NCBI GenBank assembly: GCA_035389045.1
Contig: DAOORA010000001.1
Coordinates: 9,458-73,457 of the forward strand
DNA length: 64,000 bases
Source: Bacteroidales bacterium
Lineage (GTDB): Bacteria; Bacteroidota; Bacteroidia; Bacteroidales; CAIWKO01
Direction: 5' to 3'
Position numbers and translations under genes: made by a program. Of this stretch, positions 45,516 to 55,521 are shown piece after piece. Numbering within the stretch: position 1 is the first letter of the stretch; the number at the start of each line of letters is the position of its first letter. The notes under the pieces were generated by a model that was given only the letters and a program-made list of their open reading frames with translations, did not search any database and was not told the DNA's origin.

Positions 45516-46198
45516 TATTTGTTGTTTTTATTCGATTTATTATAAAGCACTTCATCGATCATGCCGTATTTTTGTGCTTCTTCGGCAGTCATCCAGTAAT
45601 CGCGGTCAGCATCTTTCAGGATTTTCTGGTAGTTCTGTCCTGAATGTTCGGCAATGATATCATAAAGTTCTTTTTTCAGCTTCTGTATCTCGCGGGCGGT
45701 AATTTCAATATCGGAGGCCTGGCCTTCAGCACTGCCCATCGGCTGATGAATAAGGATGCGCGAATGTTTCAGTGCGGTACGCTTGCCTTTTTGCCCTGCA
45801 CATAAGATGATAGCGCCCATAGAGGCTGCCATCCCGGTGCATATCGTTGCCACATCCGAAGAAATATATTGCATGGTATCATATATTCCAAGTCCGGCAT
45901 AAACCGAGCCGCCGGGAGTGTTGAGATAAATCTGGATATCTTTCTTGGCATCAACAGATTCGAGAAACAATAGCTGTGCCTGTATGATATTGGCAATATA
46001 ATCATCAATAGGTGTACCGAGAAAAATGATCCGGTCCATCATCAGGCGTGAAAAAACATCAACTTCACGAAAATTTACCTGACGTTCTTCGATGATGGTA
46101 CGCGTCATGTCATGAGCGGCATTGAACTTGTCGAGGCGCGAACTTGAAATACCAAGATGCCTGACGGCATATTTGCGAAATTCTTTGGAGGTATCCAT
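45515..46198 (-). CDS. clpP: ATP-dependent Clp protease proteolytic subunit ClpP
   Basis: [15 protein letters not shown] (Ser) and ILIHQP (His). Operon with clpX and tig. Confidence 0.95.
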   Translation of the reverse strand: MDTSKEFRKYAVRHLGISSSRLDKFNAAHDMTRTIIEERQVNFREVDVFSRLMMDRIIFLGTPIDDYIANIIQAQLLFLESVDAKKDIQIYLNTPGGSVYAGLGIYDTMQYISSDVATICTGMAASMGAIILCAGQKGKRTALKHSRILIHQPMGSAEGQASDIEITAREIQKLKKELYDIIAEHSGQNYQKILKDADRDYWMTAEEAQKYGMIDEVLYNKSNKNNK

Positions 46199-46200
46199 GA

Positions 46201-47604
46201 TTATTGTTTTTGAGTGGATATTATTTTAATAAATTCATCATAAGTAATATCAACGTAATTCACGTTGAGTTTATTTTTCATAAAACTCAGAAGTTTGTCG
46301 TCGAATAGCTTGTCGCTGATACGTTTTGCTTCTTCTTCATTCTTCAGAATTTGTGCAGCTATCTGGTCGAGTTGTTTTTCATCCATGCCGTGGTCATGCT
46401 CGTGGTCGCTTTCATTTTCGCCTTCATGGTCATGGTCGTGCGTGTGCGTATTCCGGAAATAGCTTTTCACAAACTCCTTCATTTCATCTTCCGTTACATT
46501 CAGATTATGTTCACTTATCAGTTTATTCTCGATGAGCTGCCATTTAACCACATTTATGTGGTGTTCAAAATCTTCTTCTATCTTCTCTTTGGTCAGATTT
46601 TCATCAGTGGATGTTTCCAGAAGTAATCTTTTCAGAAAAGCTTCGGGAAGTTCAAATGGGGTACTGGTCCGAATGGCATCCGAAGCGTCCTGTATAAATT
46701 TACGATCACATTCTTTGGCATAGTTTGCGGTGGCATCCTTACGGATTTGCTCACGAAGCTGATCCATGTTTTCGATAGTTTCCTGGGGATAAACTTTTTT
46801 GTAGAATTCCTCATTAAGTTCCGCAGCCTTATTGCGCGTGATCTTTTTGATGGTAAACCGGAACAATGAGTTTATGCTATCGAGTTCGTCTGGCTTCTTT
46901 CCGATAAAATAGGCGGCTTCAAAATTACTCCGGGCAATTTTGCGGGGATCGGCATCCACAAAATCACCGACTTTTAATCCAAGAAATTTATCTTTTATTT
47001 CGTTATTCTTAACATACTCTAAGTATATATATGTATCCTGTTTAAATATACCACTTGTTTTAATCGCTCCTGTTTCATCCAGTTCGGCAAAATCACCGGA
47101 GACCATATCTCCATCTTCAATGGTATCAGTATCTTCATAAGTTCCATAGCGCTTACGCATATCGTTCAGGTATTTGTCGACAGTTTCATCAGTGACCATA
47201 ATCCTGTAATGATCTACCCTGACATTTTCAGAAATACCGGGCGTAAATTCTGGAGTAATAGCAATATCAAACCAAAAGCTGAAATTTGTCTCATTATCGA
47301 GATCAAGGGGTTTGTTTTTTTCTTCATTGGCCAGAGGCGTACCCAGCACATTGATCTTATTATCAGAAATATATTTATAAAGTGCTTCGCTGTATGTTTT
47401 GTTCACTACGTCGTAAAGCAGCGATTTTCCATACATTTTTTTCACTAATCCGAAAGGTACATGCCCCGGCCTGAATCCCGGCAGATTGGCTTTCCGCTGG
47501 TATTCTTTCAACTGTTTGTCAACTTTATCCTGATAATCAGCAGGTTCGAGTTCAACTTTTATTGTCGCGGTCAATTCCCCGGTTTTTTCCTGTTCTATGT
47601 TCAT
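46201..47604 (-). CDS. tig: Trigger factor
   Basis: N-terminal GFRPGHVPFGLVKKMYG ribosome-binding signature. Position upstream of clpP-clpX. Confidence 0.9.
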   Translation of the reverse strand: MNIEQEKTGELTATIKVELEPADYQDKVDKQLKEYQRKANLPGFRPGHVPFGLVKKMYGKSLLYDVVNKTYSEALYKYISDNKINVLGTPLANEEKNKPLDLDNETNFSFWFDIAITPEFTPGISENVRVDHYRIMVTDETVDKYLNDMRKRYGTYEDTDTIEDGDMVSGDFAELDETGAIKTSGIFKQDTYIYLEYVKNNEIKDKFLGLKVGDFVDADPRKIARSNFEAAYFIGKKPDELDSINSLFRFTIKKITRNKAAELNEEFYKKVYPQETIENMDQLREQIRKDATANYAKECDRKFIQDASDAIRTSTPFELPEAFLKRLLLETSTDENLTKEKIEEDFEHHINVVKWQLIENKLISEHNLNVTEDEMKEFVKSYFRNTHTHDHDHEGENESDHEHDHGMDEKQLDQIAAQILKNEEEAKRISDKLFDDKLLSFMKNKLNVNYVDITYDEFIKIISTQKQ

Positions 47605-47871
47605 TTGAATTTAGTATTAAGATATTATTGTTTATTGATTAACCAAAATTTTTCAGAACTAAAATTTGTCGATGAAGGAACTTCGGCCATCCGGCAAAAA
47701 ACTTCCTGGTCAGATTTCGTCAACATCCAACGAATTTTCCTTACCATCCTTACATTGTGCGGATGAAGGGACTTCCGCCGGAAGGCGGATAAACCTGTCT
47801 GCCGACAGGCAGGCTTCTCGTCCCGATATTCCTCAAAGAACATAAAACAAATCCAATTCATCCTTACTTTG

Positions 47872-47953
47872 TGCGGATGAAGGGACTCGAACCCCCACGT
47901 CTTTCGACACCAGATCCTAAGTCTGGCGCGGCTACCAATTACGCCACATCCGC
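47872..47953 (-). tRNA. tRNA-Leu (anticodon TAG)
   Basis: Reverse complement GCGGATGTGGCGTAATTGGTAGCCGCGCCAGACTTAGGATCTGGTGTCGAAAGACGTGGGGGTTCGAGTCCCTTCATCCGCA. Acceptor GCGGATG/CATCCGC, anticodon loop CTTAGGA, long variable arm. Confidence 0.85.
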
Positions 47954-48083
47954 AAAACGGAGTGCAAAGATACAAAAATTCAGAATTAATCCGGCACCCG
48001 GTATTTATTTTATCAGGTACTGCCATTAAAGCTACAAACAGCCTGTCAGAAAATACCCTACTTTTGCAGCACGATAACGCGAT

Positions 48084-48938
48084 ATGCTGTACCTCATTTT
48101 TGCCATAGTAACCTCCAGCATTATTTTTATTCTGTTCAAATTTTTTGACAGGTATAAGATCAGCAATATCCAGGCGATAACGGTAAATTACCTCACCGCT
48201 GTTACAGCAGGTTATTTCACCACAAATGAAACCGTTTTGTTTGCGACAATTCCTGATAAACCCTGGTTCAGTATTTCTGTGTTTTCAGGAGTGCTGCTTA
48301 TGCTCACCTTTCTGATCTATGCTTTTTCGGTGCAAAAGGCAGGTATTGCTATCACCGGCGTCTCGGGAAAAATGTCGGTCATCATTCCGGTGCTTCTTGG
48401 TTTTTTCATGTTCCAGGAAAAAATCACCTGGTTGCGCATCACAGGGATCATCCTTGCCATGGCGGCTTTTTACCTGACGCTGAAACGTCCATCACTGCAA
48501 AAGGCACAGGCCAAATATCTGATATTACCAGTATTGCTGTTTCTGGGAAACGGATTTAATGACAGCCTTTTTAAAATTTCACAGGAAAATTTTATACGCA
48601 ACGACTACCAGACATTTCTGATCACTGCATTTTTTATTTCCCTGATGATTGGCATTATACTTTTAACCATACTGTTAACCATTAAAAAAGAAAAACTGCA
48701 CTATAAAAACATTATAGCAGGTGTAATCCTCGGCTTGCTGAACTGGTACGCCACCTATTTTTTCCTTGCAGGACTGGGCCATTATGATGTGAGCGTTTTT
48801 GTTCCTGTGTATAATGCCGGGGTAGTATGCATTGCAGCGCTTAACGGATATTTTTTCTTTAAAGAAAAACTGACCAAAGTGAATATCTTTGGGATAACGC
48901 TGGCAATGATCGCCATAGTTCTTATTGCTCTGCAATAA
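48084..48938 (+). CDS. DMT/EamA-type membrane transporter
   Basis: About 10 hydrophobic segments with two-fold internal organisation. 284 aa. Confidence 0.55.
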   Translation: MLYLIFAIVTSSIIFILFKFFDRYKISNIQAITVNYLTAVTAGYFTTNETVLFATIPDKPWFSISVFSGVLLMLTFLIYAFSVQKAGIAITGVSGKMSVIIPVLLGFFMFQEKITWLRITGIILAMAAFYLTLKRPSLQKAQAKYLILPVLLFLGNGFNDSLFKISQENFIRNDYQTFLITAFFISLMIGIILLTILLTIKKEKLHYKNIIAGVILGLLNWYATYFFLAGLGHYDVSVFVPVYNAGVVCIAALNGYFFFKEKLTKVNIFGITLAMIAIVLIALQ

Positions 48939-48992
48939 AAAAAGGCCTTCCACGGGGAAAGCCTTCAGTATTACAAAGAATAAAAAACCAAT

Positions 48993-49571
48993 TTATTTCG
49001 ACTCGTTATTGAGTTTGGTTTTCACTTCGTTATTTTGTTTATCGAGCTCATCAACCTGCTTTTCCAGGTCATCCAGCTCTTTTTTCGTTCTATCGTATTC
49101 TTCGTCGCTTATCTTTTTATCTTTTTTCTTCTGTTCGAGTTTACCCTTAGCCTCTTTGATCTTTGAACGGGTATCTTCGTTAGTTTTGGCTGTATTGTCT
49201 ACAGCTGTTTTAGAATTCGTGATAGCCTCCTGTTTTGTTTTGGCTTCGGCAGCACGGTGCTGTCCGAATTCTTTGCCTTCAAGGCCTTCTTTATTTTTTC
49301 CGTAGGCATGTCCCTTGCCCTGATTTTCTTTTTCCTTTATTTGTCCGGGTTTTTCTCCTGGTTTGGGAAGTTTTTCCGGAATGGGCTGTGGTTTCGGAGG
49401 TTGACCGGAGATTTCTTTAGGTTTGGGAGGGTTCGGAACATTCTTGGGTTTGGGCATCCCCTGTCCCGGGACCGGAGGCTTGGGAACTCCCTTGCCGTGT
49501 CCCTGCTGGGCATATACCTGTGAACTAAAGACCAAACCAACAATTAACAATGTTATTAATACTTTTTTCAT
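48993..49571 (-). CDS. Secreted Pro/Lys-rich low-complexity protein with Lys/Glu-rich C-terminus
   Basis: Signal peptide MKKVLITLLIVGLVFSSQVYA, PKP-type repeats (PKPPVPGQGMPKPKNVPNPPKPK...PPKPQPIPEKLPKPGEKPG), charged helical tail. Confidence 0.6.
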   Translation of the reverse strand: MKKVLITLLIVGLVFSSQVYAQQGHGKGVPKPPVPGQGMPKPKNVPNPPKPKEISGQPPKPQPIPEKLPKPGEKPGQIKEKENQGKGHAYGKNKEGLEGKEFGQHRAAEAKTKQEAITNSKTAVDNTAKTNEDTRSKIKEAKGKLEQKKKDKKISDEEYDRTKKELDDLEKQVDELDKQNNEVKTKLNNESK

Positions 49572-49581
49572 ATCTGGAATT

Positions 49582-49773
49582 TTAAATATTGTTCAACAAA
49601 CTGTCCGCTTTTTCATTTAACTGATCTGCCTGCGCATTGACATCATCGGCAGTCTTTTGAATTTCTTTCAATTCCGGCGATACGATGGTATCATTCGTAG
49701 CATCGGATTCTCCGCCGCCTCCGCAGGCGGCAAGCATGCAAACACATGCCGCAATTACAAATATTTTTTTCAT
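49582..49773 (-). CDS. Small lipoprotein (63 aa)
   Basis: Lipobox MLAAC followed by GGGGESD. Confidence 0.5.
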   Translation of the reverse strand: MKKIFVIAACVCMLAACGGGGESDATNDTIVSPELKEIQKTADDVNAQADQLNEKADSLLNNI

Positions 49774-49907
49774 GTTTTTTGGTTTTTATGGTGCAAAAAT
49801 ATGTAATATTTTATTACCTATATGAAAGCCTTTCTTTTTCTTATTGTATATTTTTATAATTTTGGCCTGTCAAATTAACTAGTAATAACTGTGTAAAAAT
49901 CTGATCT

Positions 49908-51368
49908 ATGACAGAAAAAATCATGAACGAAAAATATCTTGAAAGCGCTATTAACAGGGCAAAAGAAAAAGGGGTCATCCTCCCTACTTTCAGGCAGATG
50001 CAAAACCCGGAACTGATACCGGAAAAAATTAAAGATAAACTTAAAAATATCGGTTTATGGGATCTTCATCCGCTGAACCTGTTCCGTATAACCTGGAAAA
50101 ACGAACCCAAAACCTCAGGTGGTTTGTTCGGGGATGTGAACTATCTGGAACTGCCAAAAGAGATCACAGGTGTGGATGCACGTATCATATTATTATTAGG
50201 AAAATGGTTTCCCACCGGCGCTCATAAAGTAGGCGCTGCATACGGATGCCTGGTCCCGCGCATTGTCACCGGCCAGTTCGACCCCGCTTTTCATAAAGCC
50301 GTATGGCCGTCTACCGGTAATTATTGCCGCGGAGGGGCTTTCGATTCATATCTGCTGGGAGTTACTGCAGTAGCCATTCTTCCGGAAGAAATGAGCCGCG
50401 AACGTTTTAACTGGCTCAGGGATATCGGCGCTGAAGTAATAGCCACACCGGGCTGTGAGTCGAACGTAAAAGAAATATACGATGCCTGCTGGGATATTCG
50501 CAAAAACCGCAAAGATTGCGTAATTTTCAACCAGTTTGACGAATTCGGCAACCCTTGCTGGCATTACCATATCACAGGAAAAGCCATCGAAGAAGTGGTA
50601 AAAGCTACCGGAGGAAACCTTGCAGCATATGTCAGCGCTACCGGTTCGGCAGGAACCATTGGCGCGGGTGATTATCTGCGCCACCATTATCCCCACCTGA
50701 AAGTGGTCGCTTCGGAAGCTTTGCAATGTCCGACCCTGCTGTTAAACGGCTTCGGCGGACATCGTATTGAAGGTATAGGCGACAAACATGTGCCCTGGGT
50801 TCATAACGTGAAAAATACCGATGTGGTCACCGCTATTGATGATGAAGATTGCATGAGACTTTTGCGACTTTTTAACGAGTCCGAAGGAACAAAACACCTC
50901 ACGGATTCGGGGATCCCGTCCGAAATTGCCAGCCAGCTTAACCTGATCGGTATTTCCGGAATAGGGAATTTATTATCTGCAATTAAAACAGCCCGGTATT
51001 TCGAAATGACCGCTGACGATGTCATCGTGACCTTAGCAACAGACTCTGCCGACATGTACCAATCACGCGTCACAGAACTCCGCGACCAGCGCGGCGAATA
51101 CACTCCAATGCAGGCTGCACGTGATTTTGAAAAATGCATACTCGGAGCTGGAACGGACAACATGAGAGAACTAACTTACTATGACAGAAAGTCCATACAT
51201 AACCTCAAATATTATACATGGGTGGAACAACAGGGAAAGACCTATGAAGAAATTAACCAGTTGTGGTATGACAAAAATTTCTGGCAGGATACTTTTGACC
51301 AGGTACCCATGTGGGACGAAAAAATCAATGAATTCAACGAACGGAGCGGTTTGATTAAAAACCTGTAA
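49908..51368 (+). CDS. PLP-dependent enzyme, fold type II (cysteine synthase/tryptophan synthase beta superfamily), long 486-aa form
   Basis: Candidate PLP-lysine context PTGAHKVGAAYG and phosphate-binding loop SATGSAGTIGAG. Exact function not assignable from sequence alone. Confidence 0.6.
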   Translation: MTEKIMNEKYLESAINRAKEKGVILPTFRQMQNPELIPEKIKDKLKNIGLWDLHPLNLFRITWKNEPKTSGGLFGDVNYLELPKEITGVDARIILLLGKWFPTGAHKVGAAYGCLVPRIVTGQFDPAFHKAVWPSTGNYCRGGAFDSYLLGVTAVAILPEEMSRERFNWLRDIGAEVIATPGCESNVKEIYDACWDIRKNRKDCVIFNQFDEFGNPCWHYHITGKAIEEVVKATGGNLAAYVSATGSAGTIGAGDYLRHHYPHLKVVASEALQCPTLLLNGFGGHRIEGIGDKHVPWVHNVKNTDVVTAIDDEDCMRLLRLFNESEGTKHLTDSGIPSEIASQLNLIGISGIGNLLSAIKTARYFEMTADDVIVTLATDSADMYQSRVTELRDQRGEYTPMQAARDFEKCILGAGTDNMRELTYYDRKSIHNLKYYTWVEQQGKTYEEINQLWYDKNFWQDTFDQVPMWDEKINEFNERSGLIKNL

Positions 51369-51370
51369 AC

Positions 51371-52555
51371 ATGTGTGAATTTATCAGCAATCCCTTGTAT
51401 AAAGACGTTCCCGGCTGGGCAAACCAGAAAACGGCTTTTATGAACGATGATATTTTTAAGTTTCACCGTTTGCTGGATGGTTATGAGCCGACGCCGCTGC
51501 ACACCCTTAACGGCCTTGCAAAAAAAATAGGGATAAGTTCCATCTATATAAAGGATGAATCGTACCGTTTCGGCGTCAAAGCATTTAAACCTCTCGGCGC
51601 TTCTTACACCATATATCGTTTTCTGAAATCAATGTGGGAAAATAAATTCAAAACTGATTTCTCTGTTCTTGATTTTAAAAACCCGGAAAAAATGCATGAT
51701 CTCGGGGCCTTCACATTTTGTGCGGCCACCGATGGCAACCACGGACGCGCCGTGGCTTGGACGGCAAGGATATTAAAGCAGAAAGCTGTGATTTATATGC
51801 CGGCCAACACCGTGACCTCACGGATTAAAAACATTGAAAGCGAAGGCGCAAAAGTTGTTCTGATCGACGGCACTTTTGACGAATGTGTAAGCCACGTGGA
51901 TGCCGATGCAAAAACTAACGGCTGGATCATCATTTCCGACACGGCCTATCCGGGATATATGTATTTCCCACAGTTTATCATGGCCGGTTATTCAACCATT
52001 TTTCGTGAGATGGATAGCATCGTGAACATGCAGAACGAATGCAAGGCAGATATTGTCTTTTTGCAGGCTGGCGTTGGTGGGCTTGCTGCTGCCGGAACAT
52101 GGTACCTGACAAATAAATACGGGAAAACCCGCCCAAAGATCATCTGTCTGGAGCCTACCCGTGCCGATGCCTTTATGGAATCCGTCAAAAACGGGAAACC
52201 GGTACATTCAAAAGGAGATTATAATTCCATCATGGCCGGGCTGAACTGTGGCGTGTCGCTACTAGCCTGGGATTACATAAGCGAGGGAGTGAATTACCTG
52301 ATGACGGTCAGCGATGATTATGCCGAAAAAGCCATGAAACAATATTATTACCCGATGGAAAACGACCCGAGAATAATTGCTGGAGAATCCGGCGCATCGG
52401 GCATGGCGGGACTACTGGCTCTTTTCGGAGAAGATAAATTTTCAGCACAAAGAAATGAACTGGGAATAAATTCAAAAACTTCGGTATTGCTTATCAATTC
52501 CGAAGGAGATACCGATCCGGAAAATTTTAAAAAAGTGGTTACATCAGGTCAATAA
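51371..52555 (+). CDS. dpaL: Diaminopropionate ammonia-lyase (YgeX-like)
   Basis: ESYRFGVKAFKPLGASYTIY resembles the YgeX PLP-lysine region. LQAGVGGLAAAG loop. 394 aa. Confidence 0.65.
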   Translation: MCEFISNPLYKDVPGWANQKTAFMNDDIFKFHRLLDGYEPTPLHTLNGLAKKIGISSIYIKDESYRFGVKAFKPLGASYTIYRFLKSMWENKFKTDFSVLDFKNPEKMHDLGAFTFCAATDGNHGRAVAWTARILKQKAVIYMPANTVTSRIKNIESEGAKVVLIDGTFDECVSHVDADAKTNGWIIISDTAYPGYMYFPQFIMAGYSTIFREMDSIVNMQNECKADIVFLQAGVGGLAAAGTWYLTNKYGKTRPKIICLEPTRADAFMESVKNGKPVHSKGDYNSIMAGLNCGVSLLAWDYISEGVNYLMTVSDDYAEKAMKQYYYPMENDPRIIAGESGASGMAGLLALFGEDKFSAQRNELGINSKTSVLLINSEGDTDPENFKKVVTSGQ

Positions 52556-52703
52556 AATCCGGTTTTCTGAAATGTCTATGTATCGTAATGCCTCTGAAGT
52601 CCATAAGTCTCCTTTAAATTCAACGGATATATCATTGATGCTGTGTCACAAAATCTAAGGGCCCGATGATCTGTCACTGAACCAACAAATAAAAATTTAT
52701 GTT

Positions 52704-55262
52704 ATGATCTCATTCACACTAAACGGAGAAAACATCAGCTACAACGGTGATCCTAAAAGACCGCTGCTGAAATATCTGCGCAACGACAAAGACATCACCT
52801 CATGTAAAGATGGCTGTTCAGGACAGGCATACTGCGGAGCATGCATGGTGGAGATCAACGGAGAAGCCAAATTATCGTGTGTGACACTGATGGAAAAACT
52901 CAACGGCGCCGAAATCATCACCCTGGAAGGCATTCCCGATGACGTAAAAGACATTATTGCCAAAGCTTTCGTTGAAAAAGGAGCTGTACAATGCGGATTC
53001 TGCACCCCCGGATTCATCATGCGCACCAAAGTGCTTTTTCAGAAAAACCCGAATCCGGCAAAGGATGAAATCATAAACGCACTGAATATTAATCTTTGCC
53101 GTTGCACCGGCTATGTAAAGATCATTGATGCCATCGATTTTGCCGTCAGGAAACTCTCCGAAAAAAAACCGGTGGAATTCTCTGAAAAAGTAGCAGCCAT
53201 AGGCACTTCGTACCCAAAATACCAGGCGTATGAAACAGCTATCGCCACACGAAAATTCGTCAACGACCTGAGGTTTGAAGGGATGCTGTTCGGCGCACTG
53301 AAATTCAGCGACCACCCGAAAGCAAAGATCCTCAGTATCGATGTTTCCGCAGCAGAAAAATTCCCGGGTGTCATCAGGGTTGTCACTACCAAAGATATCC
53401 CGGGCCAGCGCTTCACGGGATCTATCATCGCCGACTGGCCCCTGATGATTGCCGAAGGTGAAACAACAAGGTTTATTGGTGATGTGCTGTGCGGAATTAT
53501 TGCCGTTGACGAGGAAACAGCCCGTAAAGCTGTGGAACTTGTCCATGTGGAATACGAGATACTTTATCCGGTTACTGATCCTTACGAAGCCATCAAAGCA
53601 GGCGCTGCACAGGTTCATCCCGACCGCCCCAACCTGATGGATAACTGCATCGTCCGCAGAGGCGGAGATATCCAGGAAGCCATCAGAAATTCAGCATTTG
53701 TTTCGTCGGGTTTTTATACTACCCAGCGAATCGAACATGCTTTTCTCGAACCGGAATCGGCCGTTGCCGTGCCCGAAAATGGGATTATTCACCTGTACAG
53801 CGAGGGACAAGGCATTTATGTTGACCACAAGCAGATCATAAAATTACTGGACATCCCGGTTGACAAACTCCGTGTGACCATGGTGCCCTGCGGCGGTGGA
53901 TTTGGCGGAAAAGAAGACCTCACCGTACAGGGGCATGCAGCCTTGTATACCCACCTGACAGGCAAACCTGTAAAAGTTACGTTGACCCGGGATGAATCCA
54001 TCCGTATGCACCCCAAGCGTCATCCGGTTTTTATGGATATCACCCTCGCCTGCGATGAAAAGGGTATGCTCACAGCTCTTAAGCTCCGTGCTGTTGGTGA
54101 CAGCGGCGCCTATGCTTCGGTCGGTACAAAAGTGATGGAACGCGTGGCAGGCCATGCCAGCGGTGCTTATCATGTCCCGGTAGTTGATCTCGAAGCAAAG
54201 ACAGTTTATACCAACAATATCCCGTGCGGCGCCATGCGAGGCTTTGGGGCCAACCAGGCAGCTTTTGCAATGGAAAATTGTGTGGACGATCTTTGTGAAA
54301 AAGGAAATTTCGACCGCTGGCAATTCAGGTACGACAATGCCCTTACCGAGGGAAAAATGACTGCCACCGGCCAGGTTCTAGAACAGGGAGTTGGGGTAAG
54401 AGCGACACTCCTCGCTGTAAAAGATGAATTTTACAGATCGGAGAATGCCGGGCTGGCCTGCGGAATAAAAAACTGTGGTGTCGGAAACGGCATGATTGAC
54501 TTCAGCCATGCACGGATAGAGATACAATCAGAAAGCCGCATCATCGTCAAACATGGCTGGACCGACATGGGACAAGGCATCAGCAATGTAGTGATCCAGA
54601 TATTATCTTCTGAAACAGGCATCAATCCGGAGATCATTCAGGTGGAAATGGATACCGAAGCCGGACTGGTGACGGGGATGACGACCTCCTCACGAGCCAC
54701 GGTTTTGCTTGGAAATGCCGTAATTGACGCTGCCCGCAAACTGAAAAATGACTTGGATGCTCAAGCTCTTGCGGAACTCACCGGAAAGAAATATACCGGC
54801 TACTCAGAGTGCAACTGGACGACCAAACCGGGGGCTGACGTGGAAAAAATTGTCACCCATTTTGCATACGGCTATGCCACACAGCTAGTGATTATTGACG
54901 AAAAGGGAAAAATAAAAAAAGTAGTTGCCGCCCATGATGCCGGAAAAATAATGAACAAAGCCATGTTTGAGGGACAGATTGAAGGCGCCGTGGTGATGGG
55001 CCTGGGTTATGCGCTGACCGAAGACCTGCCCATGGAGAACGGCTACCTTAAAAGTAGTAAACTAAAAGACTGCAGATTATTAAAAGCCAAAGACATTCCT
55101 GAAATAGTTGTTATCGGCGTAGAAGTGGAAGACAGTTTCGGACCATACGGCGCCAAGGGTATAGGCGAAATTGGGCTGGTGCCGACAGCTGCGGCTGTTA
55201 CCAATGCCTATTACCAGTATGATAAAGTTAGAAGGTATAGTCTACCGATAAACAGGAAATGA
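52704..55262 (+). CDS. Molybdenum hydroxylase (xanthine dehydrogenase family) with fused N-terminal 2x[2Fe-2S] domains; possibly the selenium-dependent type
   Basis: CSGQAYCGACMV, QCGFCTPGF and CRCTGY (two 2Fe-2S sites), followed by an aldehyde oxidase/XDH molybdopterin-binding body. No FAD subunit in the window. Confidence 0.8.
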   Translation: MISFTLNGENISYNGDPKRPLLKYLRNDKDITSCKDGCSGQAYCGACMVEINGEAKLSCVTLMEKLNGAEIITLEGIPDDVKDIIAKAFVEKGAVQCGFCTPGFIMRTKVLFQKNPNPAKDEIINALNINLCRCTGYVKIIDAIDFAVRKLSEKKPVEFSEKVAAIGTSYPKYQAYETAIATRKFVNDLRFEGMLFGALKFSDHPKAKILSIDVSAAEKFPGVIRVVTTKDIPGQRFTGSIIADWPLMIAEGETTRFIGDVLCGIIAVDEETARKAVELVHVEYEILYPVTDPYEAIKAGAAQVHPDRPNLMDNCIVRRGGDIQEAIRNSAFVSSGFYTTQRIEHAFLEPESAVAVPENGIIHLYSEGQGIYVDHKQIIKLLDIPVDKLRVTMVPCGGGFGGKEDLTVQGHAALYTHLTGKPVKVTLTRDESIRMHPKRHPVFMDITLACDEKGMLTALKLRAVGDSGAYASVGTKVMERVAGHASGAYHVPVVDLEAKTVYTNNIPCGAMRGFGANQAAFAMENCVDDLCEKGNFDRWQFRYDNALTEGKMTATGQVLEQGVGVRATLLAVKDEFYRSENAGLACGIKNCGVGNGMIDFSHARIEIQSESRIIVKHGWTDMGQGISNVVIQILSSETGINPEIIQVEMDTEAGLVTGMTTSSRATVLLGNAVIDAARKLKNDLDAQALAELTGKKYTGYSECNWTTKPGADVEKIVTHFAYGYATQLVIIDEKGKIKKVVAAHDAGKIMNKAMFEGQIEGAVVMGLGYALTEDLPMENGYLKSSKLKDCRLLKAKDIPEIVVIGVEVEDSFGPYGAKGIGEIGLVPTAAAVTNAYYQYDKVRRYSLPINRK

Positions 55263-55510
55263 TTGATTATTTGTTAGTCACAGACTAACATTTATAGGAA
55301 GTTCGAAGTCACAGACTTCGAACAACTGACTTCGAACAACTGGAAGATATAGTTTGCCGATAAACAGAAAATGATTTGTTCTTCTTTTGTCTCAGACTAA
55401 ACAGTGGTGCGAAGTTTCCGAACTTCGCACTTTTTAAAATGTAGTTTGTAACTACAAAAACGATATTCTTTCATTAGTCATAGACTAACATTGGCTTAGA
55501 TGAGCAGTAA
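55263..55510. repeat. Array of short perfect hairpins in an intergenic region
   Basis: gttagtcacagactaac (55273-55289), cgaagtcacagacttcg (55304-55320), gcgaagtttccgaacttcgc (55409-55428), tagtttgtaactaca, gttagtcatagactaac. Confidence 0.8.
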
Positions 55511-55521
55511 ATCCATTGAAA

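Noticed and set aside
47625-48026. 133-aa ORF on the minus strand
   Set aside because: It spans tRNA-Leu and the hairpin and word repeats downstream of it. The translation is Cys/Arg-rich nonsense.
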